In this document: positions 19,689 through 28,081 of the stretch, one piece after another
How positions within the stretch are numbered: position 1 is the stretch's first letter
Layout of the letters: every line of letters begins with the position of its first letter
Program-made: the position numbers and the translations under genes
The notes under the pieces: model-generated
The model's input: only the letters and a program-made list of their open reading frames with translations
Databases searched by the model: none
What the model was told of the DNA's origin: nothing
Source of the DNA: an uncultured Clostridia bacterium
Lineage (GTDB): Bacteria; Bacillota; Clostridia; Oscillospirales; Ruminococcaceae
Assembly (NCBI GenBank): GCA_947627465.1
Contig: CANQWD010000001.1
Location: 16,561-80,560 of the forward strand
Direction: 5' to 3'
Length of the DNA stretch: 64,000 bases

Positions 19689-20630
19689 TCAATCTTCTCG
19701 GAGAATGCCGCGTACTCTTTGCGCGATATTTTCCGACGAAATTCCAAACTCTTTCAAAAGCTGCTCGGCTTTGCCAGAGTAGCCGTAAACGTCGGGTATG
19801 CCTATCATCGTAACGTGGCACGGACAGCCCGCGCAGACGGTATCCGCGACCGCCGCTCCCAAGCCGCCTATCACGCTGTGCTCCTCGACTGTTACAATAC
19901 GGTGAGTTTCGCGGGCGGCTTTGAGGATAATTTCCGTATCTAAAGGCTTTATTGTGTGAATGTTTATCACCCGTGCCGAAACGCCTTCTTTTTCAAGCGT
20001 TTCCGCCGCGTTAAACGCTTCGTTTACCGCAAGCCCCGTTGCGATTATCGTGACGTCTTTACCTTCCTTTAGCTGAACTCCTTTGCCAAGCTCAAACTTA
20101 TAATCGCCGCTGTTGACGTTCGGCACGGCAAGTCTGCCCAACCTAAGGTACACGGGACCGTCAAGGTTTATCGCCGCTTCGACCGCCGCTTTTGTTTCAA
20201 TATCGTCGGCGGGGTTGATTATCGTCATTCCGGGGATAGTCCGCATAAGCGCGATATCCTCGTTGCATTGGTGAGTGGCGCCGTCCTCGCCGACGGAGAT
20301 CCCCGCGTGAGTCGCGCCTATTTTTACGTTCAGGTGCGGATAGCCTATCGAGTTGCGGACTATCTCAAACGCTCTGCCCGCCGCGAACATAGCGAAAGAG
20401 CTTGCGAAAACCGTCTCGCCGACGGCAGCCAGACCCGCCGCAACGCCCATCATGTTCGCCTCGGCAATTCCGCAGTCTATGAAGCGCTCGGGGCACTTTT
20501 TCTTAAAGATACCCGTTTTTGTAGCCGCCGCCAAATCCGCGTCCAATACCGCGAAGTCGTATTTTTCGGAAAGCTCCGCCAACGCTTCGCCGTAGCTTTG
20601 GCGCGTCGCTTTTTTTATCGTTTCGGACAT
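19689..20630 (-). CDS. Transketolase, C-terminal subunit
   Basis: DADLA, GIAEANM, GEDGATHQ, VEEHSVIGGLG motifs. Confidence 0.93.
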   Translation of the reverse strand: MSETIKKATRQSYGEALAELSEKYDFAVLDADLAAATKTGIFKKKCPERFIDCGIAEANMMGVAAGLAAVGETVFASSFAMFAAGRAFEIVRNSIGYPHLNVKIGATHAGISVGEDGATHQCNEDIALMRTIPGMTIINPADDIETKAAVEAAINLDGPVYLRLGRLAVPNVNSGDYKFELGKGVQLKEGKDVTIIATGLAVNEAFNAAETLEKEGVSARVINIHTIKPLDTEIILKAARETHRIVTVEEHSVIGGLGAAVADTVCAGCPCHVTMIGIPDVYGYSGKAEQLLKEFGISSENIAQRVRGILRED

Positions 20631-20631
20631 T

Positions 20632-21477
20632 TCACACACCCCTTTCCAATGCTTGAAGCTGAGCGCAAAGCTCGTCTATCGCCTGTACGCGCTGTTCGTC
20701 GTTCGGGGCGGTGCCGTGCCAGCCGACTTGGTTTTCCATAAACGAAACGCCCTTGCCCTTGACGCTCTTCTGAATTATCGCCGTGGGTTTGCCGTTTTGC
20801 GGTATCTCATTGAACGCGCGGTCTATGTCGTCAAAATCGTGCGCGTTCATTGTAAGTACGTTCCAGCCGAACGCCCGGAACTTCTCGTTAATAGGCTCGG
20901 GAGAATTTACCTCAGTGATTTTGCCGTCGATCTGCAAACCGTTGTTGTCGATTATCGCCGTGAGATTGTCGAGTTTCTTCGCCGCCGCGAACATCGCCGC
21001 CTCCCAGACCTGACCTTCCTCAATCTCGCCGTCGCCCAAAATCGTGTAAACCTTAAAGTTCTTGCCTTTAAGCTTAGCGCCCAGAGCCATTCCGCAAGCC
21101 GCCGAGATACCCTGACCGAGCGAACCCGTACTCATATCGATACCGGGCAGATCGTTCATATTCGGATGTCCTTGCAGCCGCGAACCTATTTTCCGCAATG
21201 TGAGCAGTTCTTCCTCGGGAAAGAAACCCCTCTGCGCCAGCACGGAATACAGCGCGGGCGCGCAATGCCCCTTAGACAGCACAAATCTGTCGCGCTGCGG
21301 ATCGTGCGGAGCGTGGGGGTCTATGTTCATTTTACTAAAGTACAAATAAGTAAGCGCGTCGCATATCGAAAGCGAACCTCCCGGGTGCCCCGACTGTGCT
21401 GCGTGTACCGCGTCTATAACGCCAATTCGCGCCTTGCAAGCCGTTATTTCAAGAGCGCGTTTTTTGCTTTTGTCCAT
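20632..21477 (-). CDS. Transketolase, N-terminal (TPP-binding) subunit
   Basis: SGHPGGSLS, LSKGHCAP, GSLGQG, GDGEIEEGQVWEA...DNN TPP motif. Confidence 0.95.
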   Translation of the reverse strand: MDKSKKRALEITACKARIGVIDAVHAAQSGHPGGSLSICDALTYLYFSKMNIDPHAPHDPQRDRFVLSKGHCAPALYSVLAQRGFFPEEELLTLRKIGSRLQGHPNMNDLPGIDMSTGSLGQGISAACGMALGAKLKGKNFKVYTILGDGEIEEGQVWEAAMFAAAKKLDNLTAIIDNNGLQIDGKITEVNSPEPINEKFRAFGWNVLTMNAHDFDDIDRAFNEIPQNGKPTAIIQKSVKGKGVSFMENQVGWHGTAPNDEQRVQAIDELCAQLQALERGV

Positions 21478-21506
21478 AATTCATCAGCCCTTTCTTTATT
21501 GATGTT

Positions 21507-21559
21507 ATTGTAACGCATAATTTTTATTTTGTCAATACACTTTATAAAACTTTTATCAA
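21507..21559 (-). promoter_or_regulatory. Transketolase operon promoter with an upstream candidate operator
   Basis: Minus strand TTGACA (21530-35), 17 bp, TACAAT (21507-12); near-palindrome TTTATAAAA-C-TTTTATCAA at 21541-59. Confidence 0.65.
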
Positions 21560-21708
21560 TATATTGTATTTTTGGTGTAATGCACAAAATGTCGGCGCTT
21601 ATTTTGTACGATATGTTATGCGATTTAACAAAAGGCTCGACACAACCAATGCCGAGCCAAGTTTAATTATAATTGAGTTGGTTTTGCAATTCAATGCGGG
21701 AACATAAA

Positions 21709-22833
21709 TTACAGTTCGTCCAAAAACTTTATTATAAAGTGAAGCGCCGCTCCCATCGGTATCGTGTGCTTGCGGTGGCGGCTTAGGTGAATATAATCCG
21801 CTTTGGGTTCAAAGGGATTCAGCACCGCAAGGTATTCCTTCAAACGCGGCATGGAATTCTCAATAAATTCTGATAAGTAGCCGCCCAGCACCACATCGCA
21901 GTCCAATACCATTCGGATATTATTGATACCTATCGCCAAATGCCGCAGATAATTTTCCCACAGCAGCATGTATTCAACGTTGCCGCTGTTAAGTTCTTTT
22001 GTAAATTCTTCCTCGGTGATACCGAGGTCGGAACTTATTCGCCGCGTCGAGCAGTACGCTTCAAGGCAGCCTTGCCGTCCGCAGCTGCACTTTAAGCCGC
22101 CCGGTTCAACGCAGATGTGCCCGAATTCGCCGCTGCGGTGATTGTCGCCGTAATACGGCGTTCCGCCTACAAAAACCGCGCCGCCTATGCCTTGTTCAAG
22201 CGAAAGATACGCGAGATTTCTTTTTGAATCGCGCACGAACCATTCCGCGCCTCCACCGCAGTTCGCGTCGTTCTCGAGATGAATGGGATAAGGACACTCC
22301 TCTTTGAACGCGTCGAGCGAAACGTCGCGCAGTCCCAATGTGGGCGCGTATTCAAGTTTGAAACCGTCCTTGGAGACTACTCCGGGCAAAGCCACTCCCA
22401 CGCCGAGCAAGCGCCGGCGGTCTACTTTAAATTCCTCGATAAATTTTTCGACCTCTTTTGCGATTATCTTGGCGTAGCCATTCGGATCGTCGGGACGGTG
22501 AAATGTTACCTTTTTATAAGCCAATTCGCTCAGCCGCAGATCTACTTCGGAAATTCTAATGCTGTCGGCGCTTATCGACACGCCGATAGCAATGTGCGCG
22601 TCGGAGACGATGGACAAGCCTTCGACGCGTCTGCCGCCTGTGGAGAGCTTTTCGTCGGTGGTGCACACCAACCCCAGTTCCATAAGCTCCGATAAGTTTT
22701 GATAAACAGTGGGAAGACTCAGTCCAAGCTCGTTGGAGAGCGTCTGCCGCGAGCAGAAATCCTTGCAGTTGTAAAGATAGCGGTAGACGCTGTTGCGTGT
22801 GGCGCGTTTTCTGTCAATATTATCCGATTTCAT
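21709..22833 (-). CDS. ROK-family transcriptional repressor (XylR-like)
   Basis: N-terminal HTH (SRQTLSNELGLSLPTV), ENDAN, GEFGH..C.CGRQGCLE ROK motifs; divergent from xylB. Confidence 0.9.
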   Translation of the reverse strand: MKSDNIDRKRATRNSVYRYLYNCKDFCSRQTLSNELGLSLPTVYQNLSELMELGLVCTTDEKLSTGGRRVEGLSIVSDAHIAIGVSISADSIRISEVDLRLSELAYKKVTFHRPDDPNGYAKIIAKEVEKFIEEFKVDRRRLLGVGVALPGVVSKDGFKLEYAPTLGLRDVSLDAFKEECPYPIHLENDANCGGGAEWFVRDSKRNLAYLSLEQGIGGAVFVGGTPYYGDNHRSGEFGHICVEPGGLKCSCGRQGCLEAYCSTRRISSDLGITEEEFTKELNSGNVEYMLLWENYLRHLAIGINNIRMVLDCDVVLGGYLSEFIENSMPRLKEYLAVLNPFEPKADYIHLSRHRKHTIPMGAALHFIIKFLDEL

Positions 22834-23086
22834 ATTCAGCACCTCAATTTTAATAATGTCTCTTTATCTATATTTTAACACATTTTCAAATTAAGTCAAG
22901 CGGTTTTAATAAAATATTTTTAATTTGACAGGAAAAATACGTGCAATTATGCCAGAATTCCGTTTTGAATTGTAAACTTCGCTGCAAAAGTACAAAAAGG
23001 TTTATATTATCTTGTGATTTTATATAAAATTTACAAAAATATTAGTGTATTATATCCAAAATTTAAGCGAAAAGAGATAAACCCCC

Positions 23087-23115
23087 TTGACATTTATAAA
23101 ATAGTTTTATAAAAT
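23087..23115 (+). promoter_or_regulatory. xylB promoter containing a perfect palindromic operator
   Basis: TTGACA (23087-92), 17 bp, TAAAAT (23110-15); TTTATAAAA-TAG-TTTTATAAA at 23093-23113. Confidence 0.75.
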
Positions 23116-23154
23116 GTAATTGTAAAATTATGCAGAAAGGCTTGGTGTTATTGC

Positions 23155-24630
23155 ATGTTATATATCGGAACAGATCTCGGCACCTCGGCTGTGAAGCTTT
23201 TGCTTATGGACGAGAACGGAAAAATTCATAAGATAGTGTCGCGCGACTATCCGATTAGCTTTCCGAAACCGGGATGGTCTGAACAAAACCCGGAGGACTG
23301 GCTTCACGAAACGCTTGAGGGAATAAGCGATCTTACCGCGTTTTGCGATAAAAGCGAGATCGCGGGGATAGGCTGCTGCGGGCAAATGCACGGGTTGGTT
23401 ATCCTGGACGAGAACGACCGCGTCATTCGTCCCGCGATCTTATGGAACGACGGGCGCACCGCCGAGGAAACGGATTACTTAAATAACGTTATCGGACGGG
23501 AAAAGCTGTCGGAATACACGGCAAATATCGCGTTCGCGGGCTTTACCGCGCCGAAGCTGCTGTGGCTCAAGAAGAACGAACCCGAAAATTTCGCAAGGAT
23601 ACGCAAGATAATGCTTCCGAAAGACTACATAAATTATATGCTTACGGGAGCGTTCTGCACGGACGTTTCGGACGCTTCGGGAACGTTGTTCTTCGACGTT
23701 AAAAACAGGCGCTGGAGCCGTGAAATGCTGGATATTTGCGATATCCGCGAGGAACAGCTTCCAAAGGTCTATGAAAGCAGCGAGGTTGTCGGAACGCTTA
23801 AAGAGGATATCGCGAAACAACTGGAGCTTCCGAAAACCGTCAAGGTATGTGCGGGCGCGGGCGATAACGCCGCCGCCGCGGTCGGAACGGGCACAGTCGG
23901 AAACGGCAGCTGTAATATCTCCTTGGGAACCTCTGGAACGGTGTTTATCGCAAGCAATGAATTCGGCGCGGATCCGTTTAACGCTCTGCATTCGTTCGCG
24001 CACGCGGACGGAAACTATCACCTTATGGGCTGTATGCTGTCCGCGGCTTCATGCAACAAGTGGTGGAATGAAAACATAATCGGCACGTCGAATTATAAAG
24101 CAGAGGAAGAAAAGATATCCGAAGAAATGCTCGGACGTAACCATGTGTTCTTCCTGCCGTATCTAATGGGTGAACGTTCTCCGATAAACGATGTAAACGC
24201 GCGCGGTATGTTTATCGGAATGTCCATGGACGCCGAGCGGCGGGATATGACCTTGGCTATGCTTGAGGGCGTTGCGTTCGGAATACGCGATTCCGTGGAG
24301 GTGGCGCGTAGGCTCGGACTTAATCCGGAGCGCAGCAAGATCTGCGGCGGCGGCGCTAAGAGCGCGCTTTGGAGAAAGATATTCGCGAACGTCCTCAATA
24401 TGGAGATCGACACGGTAGAGACAGAGGAGGGTCCCGGCTACGGCGGCGCGATATTGGCGGGGGTCGCCTGCGGAGAATGGAAAAACGTTGAGGAGGCGGC
24501 AAATAAGCTCGTGATGATCAAGGGCACAACGTCTCCCGAACCGGAGATCGCGGCGCTTTACGAGGAGCGCTACGAGCAGTTTAAGCAGATCTATCCCGCG
24601 GTAAAAAATCTGTTTTCCAAATTGACTTAA
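23155..24630 (+). CDS. xylB: Xylulokinase
   Basis: IGTDLGTS, GQMHG, AILWNDGR, GAGDNAAAA, LPYLMGERSP FGGY-kinase motifs; xylose context. Confidence 0.9.
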   Translation: MLYIGTDLGTSAVKLLLMDENGKIHKIVSRDYPISFPKPGWSEQNPEDWLHETLEGISDLTAFCDKSEIAGIGCCGQMHGLVILDENDRVIRPAILWNDGRTAEETDYLNNVIGREKLSEYTANIAFAGFTAPKLLWLKKNEPENFARIRKIMLPKDYINYMLTGAFCTDVSDASGTLFFDVKNRRWSREMLDICDIREEQLPKVYESSEVVGTLKEDIAKQLELPKTVKVCAGAGDNAAAAVGTGTVGNGSCNISLGTSGTVFIASNEFGADPFNALHSFAHADGNYHLMGCMLSAASCNKWWNENIIGTSNYKAEEEKISEEMLGRNHVFFLPYLMGERSPINDVNARGMFIGMSMDAERRDMTLAMLEGVAFGIRDSVEVARRLGLNPERSKICGGGAKSALWRKIFANVLNMEIDTVETEEGPGYGGAILAGVACGEWKNVEEAANKLVMIKGTTSPEPEIAALYEERYEQFKQIYPAVKNLFSKLT

Positions 24631-24643
24631 GCGAGGTGTTGTT

Positions 24644-25273
24644 ATGGAGATCTTATCGGTTTATTCAAAGGAATTCGCGCCCTACGGAAAAGTGTTGGTG
24701 GGGTACGATACAAAAGAGTTGGTGAGGGTTTTGGACGAAGCCGTGACGCTTGGCGGCGGCGTGGAATATGTAATGAGCTTGTCGGAGCTTGAAATGCTTC
24801 CGATAGCGAGCGACTTTGCCGAGAACGCTTTCGGAGGGCTTGATATTCAGGTCGGGCATTGCAGCGGCTTTAATACAAAGCTTAATTGTCTTGAATATCA
24901 CAAAAGCAGCGAAATTAACATAGGCGCACAGGATTTCATTTTGCTGCTTGCACAGATGGTGGATATGGAAAACGGGCGGCTTGACACTTCAAAGGTGAAA
25001 GCGTTCAAGGTCGCTGCGGGAACGGTTGTTGAACTGTATTCGACTACGCTTCACTACGCGCCGTGTTCCGCCAAAAAGGGCGAGGGCTTTAAGGTGGCGG
25101 TGGCGCTTCCCGCGGGTACAAACGCCAAGCTGAACGCGAAAGTTTACCGTCAGGACAAGACGCTTTACGCGGTCAACAAGTGGCTTCTGGCTCACCCCGA
25201 AAGCGCCGAGGCAAAAACGGGCGCGGAAGTGCTTTTAGACGGCGACAACATTGATATTTACGATATGATTTAA
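24644..25273 (+). CDS. DUF4867-like protein
   Basis: GFNTKLNCLEYHKSSEINI and LHYAPC motifs; located between xylB and the isomerase. Confidence 0.7.
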   Translation: MEILSVYSKEFAPYGKVLVGYDTKELVRVLDEAVTLGGGVEYVMSLSELEMLPIASDFAENAFGGLDIQVGHCSGFNTKLNCLEYHKSSEINIGAQDFILLLAQMVDMENGRLDTSKVKAFKVAAGTVVELYSTTLHYAPCSAKKGEGFKVAVALPAGTNAKLNAKVYRQDKTLYAVNKWLLAHPESAEAKTGAEVLLDGDNIDIYDMI

Positions 25274-25285
25274 GGAGGATAAATT

Positions 25286-26773
25286 ATGCTTACAAATATT
25301 CCGCAAGTAAAATTAGGTCTTATCGCGGTATCGCGCGACTGTTTTGTAATTTCTCTTTCCGAGAAACGCAGAGCGGCTGTCGCGGAGGAGTGCGGTAAGC
25401 TCGGCATTGACATTTTTGAGTGCAAAACGACGGTCGAGAACGAGCTTGACATGCTGAAAGCCGTCGATGAGGCGAACGCGGCGGGGTGCAACGCGCTTGT
25501 TGTATTTCTCGGCAATTTCGGTCCCGAAACGCCCGAAACGCTTATCGCCAAGAAATTTGACGGTCCTGTGATGTATGCCGCTGCTGCCGAGGAATCGGGC
25601 GACGATTTGATAGGCGGACGCGGCGACGCTTACTGCGGCATGCTGAACTGCTCTTACAATCTCGGTATGCGGCACTTAAAAGCGTACATTCCCGAATATC
25701 CCGTGGGAACGGCGGAGGACGCTGCTCGGATGATAAGCGAATTTGTTCCGATCGCCCGCACGCTTATCGGTCTTTCGGAACTTAAGATCATCACGTTCGG
25801 ACCGCGTCCGCAGGACTTTTTCGCGTGCAACGCGCCGATAAAAGGGCTTTACGAATTGGGTATAGAAATTGAGGAGAATTCCGAGCTTGACTTGCTCGTA
25901 TCCTATAAGGCGCACGCGGACGATCCGCGTATCCCGAAAATCTGCAAGGAAATGGCCGCCGAAATGGGCGAGGGCAGGTATTATCCCGATATGAGCGCAC
26001 GAATGGCTCAGCTTGAAATAACGCTGCTCGATTGGGCGGAGAAGCACAAAGGCTCTCGGAAATACGTCGCGTTCGCGGATAAATGCTGGCCCGCCTTCCC
26101 CGAGGCGTTCGGGTTTGAGCCGTGCTATGTGAACTCTCGGCTTGTGGCGCGTGGTATTCCCGTATCGTGCGAGGTGGATATTTACGGGGCGCTCTCGGAA
26201 TACATAGGAATGTGCGTAACAGGCGACGCCGTTACTCTGCTTGACATCAACAATTCCGTACCCGCCGACCTTTTCAAGCAGGACATAGAGGGGAAATTCC
26301 CTTATGTTCTCACCGATACTTTTATGGGCTTCCACTGCGGAAACACTCCCGCGTGCAAGCTCTGCGCCGACCGCGCGGTAAAGTATCAGCTTATTCAGCA
26401 CCGTCTGCTTGAGCCAAAGAATTCCGAGCCGGATTTCACACGCGGTACTCTGGAGGGTGACATTGCGGCTTCGGACATCACGTTCTACCGTCTGCAATGC
26501 AACAGCGACGGCAAACTGTGCGCTTATGTCGCGGAGGGCGAGGTGCTTCCCGTTAAAACGCGTTCGTTCGGCGGCATCGGTATTTTCGCCATTCACGAAA
26601 TGGGAAGATTTTACCGTCACGTTTTGATACAAAAGCGTTATCCGCACCACGGAGCGGTTGCGTTCTCGCATTGCGGAAACGTGATTTTTGAAGTGCTGAA
26701 AATGCTCGGCATTGAGGATATTTCTTACAATCAGCCCAAGGAACAGCCTTATCCTACCGAGAGACCGTTTTAA
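25286..26773 (+). CDS. L-fucose-isomerase-like sugar isomerase, probable XylA-II type xylose isomerase
   Basis: GNFGPE, DAYCGMLN, CEVDIYG, GFHCGNT, PHHGAV motifs; operon with xylB. Confidence 0.8.
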   Translation: MLTNIPQVKLGLIAVSRDCFVISLSEKRRAAVAEECGKLGIDIFECKTTVENELDMLKAVDEANAAGCNALVVFLGNFGPETPETLIAKKFDGPVMYAAAAEESGDDLIGGRGDAYCGMLNCSYNLGMRHLKAYIPEYPVGTAEDAARMISEFVPIARTLIGLSELKIITFGPRPQDFFACNAPIKGLYELGIEIEENSELDLLVSYKAHADDPRIPKICKEMAAEMGEGRYYPDMSARMAQLEITLLDWAEKHKGSRKYVAFADKCWPAFPEAFGFEPCYVNSRLVARGIPVSCEVDIYGALSEYIGMCVTGDAVTLLDINNSVPADLFKQDIEGKFPYVLTDTFMGFHCGNTPACKLCADRAVKYQLIQHRLLEPKNSEPDFTRGTLEGDIAASDITFYRLQCNSDGKLCAYVAEGEVLPVKTRSFGGIGIFAIHEMGRFYRHVLIQKRYPHHGAVAFSHCGNVIFEVLKMLGIEDISYNQPKEQPYPTERPF

Positions 26774-26794
26774 ACCGTTTTAATTAAACGTTAT

Positions 26795-26818
26795 GCGCCG
26801 CCCCGTTTCGGGCGGCGC
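26795..26818. terminator. Terminator hairpin between convergent genes
   Basis: GCGCCGCCC / GGGCGGCGC 9-bp stem. Confidence 0.7.
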
Positions 26819-26829
26819 AATTGTTATAG

Positions 26830-27023
26830 GGCAACACCGCGCAATTACCGGCTAACGCCTTTGCCGCCCGCTTGCTTGCATATTTTCCGTCATATTGCAC
26901 AATTCGTCCTCGCAAGGCGTCAGCCTTGCTTCGTCCTCATTGTACAAGTGTTGAGCAAAGCTCAACCCGCTGACAGAAAAATCTGACTGCGCAATCGGAC
27001 AGCAATAATTGTGCGGTGTTGCC
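26830..27023. mobile_element. 194-bp MITE, copy 1
   Basis: 18-bp terminal inverted repeats (one mismatch), ATAG duplicated on both sides (26826-29, 27024-27); 3 differences from the copy at 48014. Confidence 0.88.
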
Positions 27024-27072
27024 ATAGATCTTTCGTTCTCCGATAAGGGCAGGGGATCGCTTTGTGAGATTT

Positions 27073-28065
27073 TTACCGATGATTTTTTGAAACGTTTTCC
27101 AACATTTCCAGATAACGGGCTTTGAGGTCTTGGGGAGCAAGTATCTGCGCATTCGTTCCGAATTGGAACAGCCAGCCGAAGAACGGTTCGGGGGTGGAGG
27201 CGCGCACGGGAACTCTCACCGTGAAATGCGTTTCTCCGTCGGGGTAAAGCGTGATCTGCTTGCCGAAACGGTCTATTACCGCGTTTATGAGAGCGTTGTC
27301 AAATCGAAGAGTAACGGTTTCAACGTTGCCGCTGAACATCGAAAACGTGGACTTCAAATATTCGGAAAGCTTGAAGCCGCTCGGCATTTTATTCGAGGGT
27401 GTGTCAAGTATTCTTACGTTTTCCATTTTGTCGACGCGGAAATGCGAGATGTCGTTATACTTTTCGTAATGAGCAATAAGATAATAACGTTCTTCGTTCC
27501 ATGTAAGCGCGTAGGGACTGCAGCAGCGTTTGCCGCCGCGGTATTTCTTGCGTTTTTTTATGTCGTAGTCGAAGTAATCAAAGGATATCATACGCTTCTC
27601 GGCAATGGCGCGGTGGATTTCATTGACGTTGTAGTAAATTCGTTCGTTGTCGGTGGTAAGGCGGTTCGCTATGAAAACCTGACGGCGTATGGATTTCGCT
27701 TCGTAAACGCTGCACAGGCTCTCCAGCTTTTGTATCAGCGCTTTAGCCTTTTTCTCGGTAAAAAAACGCGACGACGATACCGCGTCCGCCAAAAGCTTCA
27801 GTTCGGGCAGCTCAAATTCGCGCGACCCCAAGCAATAGCCGCTGTTCTTTCCCATTCCCGAAATTATATCAACTCCAAATTCGCGCAGGATATCAATATA
27901 TTCGTAAACAGCCTTTCTGCCCGCCGATACGCCGTATTCGTTAAGTTTTTCAAGTATCTGCGGCATTGTTATAACGTGCTCGCCGTCGGTGTTTTCCCAA
28001 AGTATTTTGTATAAATAAAGTATCTTTGCTGCGCCGCTTGTTTTGTTTTGGTCGGTTTTCGCCAT
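27073..28065 (-). CDS. WYL-domain transcriptional regulator
   Basis: N-terminal HTH, SPYALTWNEERYYL and FRVDKM WYL motifs, C-terminal WCX-like region; AAGGAG RBS before ATG 28065. Confidence 0.88.
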   Translation of the reverse strand: MAKTDQNKTSGAAKILYLYKILWENTDGEHVITMPQILEKLNEYGVSAGRKAVYEYIDILREFGVDIISGMGKNSGYCLGSREFELPELKLLADAVSSSRFFTEKKAKALIQKLESLCSVYEAKSIRRQVFIANRLTTDNERIYYNVNEIHRAIAEKRMISFDYFDYDIKKRKKYRGGKRCCSPYALTWNEERYYLIAHYEKYNDISHFRVDKMENVRILDTPSNKMPSGFKLSEYLKSTFSMFSGNVETVTLRFDNALINAVIDRFGKQITLYPDGETHFTVRVPVRASTPEPFFGWLFQFGTNAQILAPQDLKARYLEMLENVSKNHR

Positions 28066-28081
28066 ATTCCGTTCTCCTTGA

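Noticed and set aside
26937-27152. 71-aa ORF running into the MITE as a possible transposase remnant
   Set aside because: Too short, no DDE or HTH features, and it crosses the element boundary
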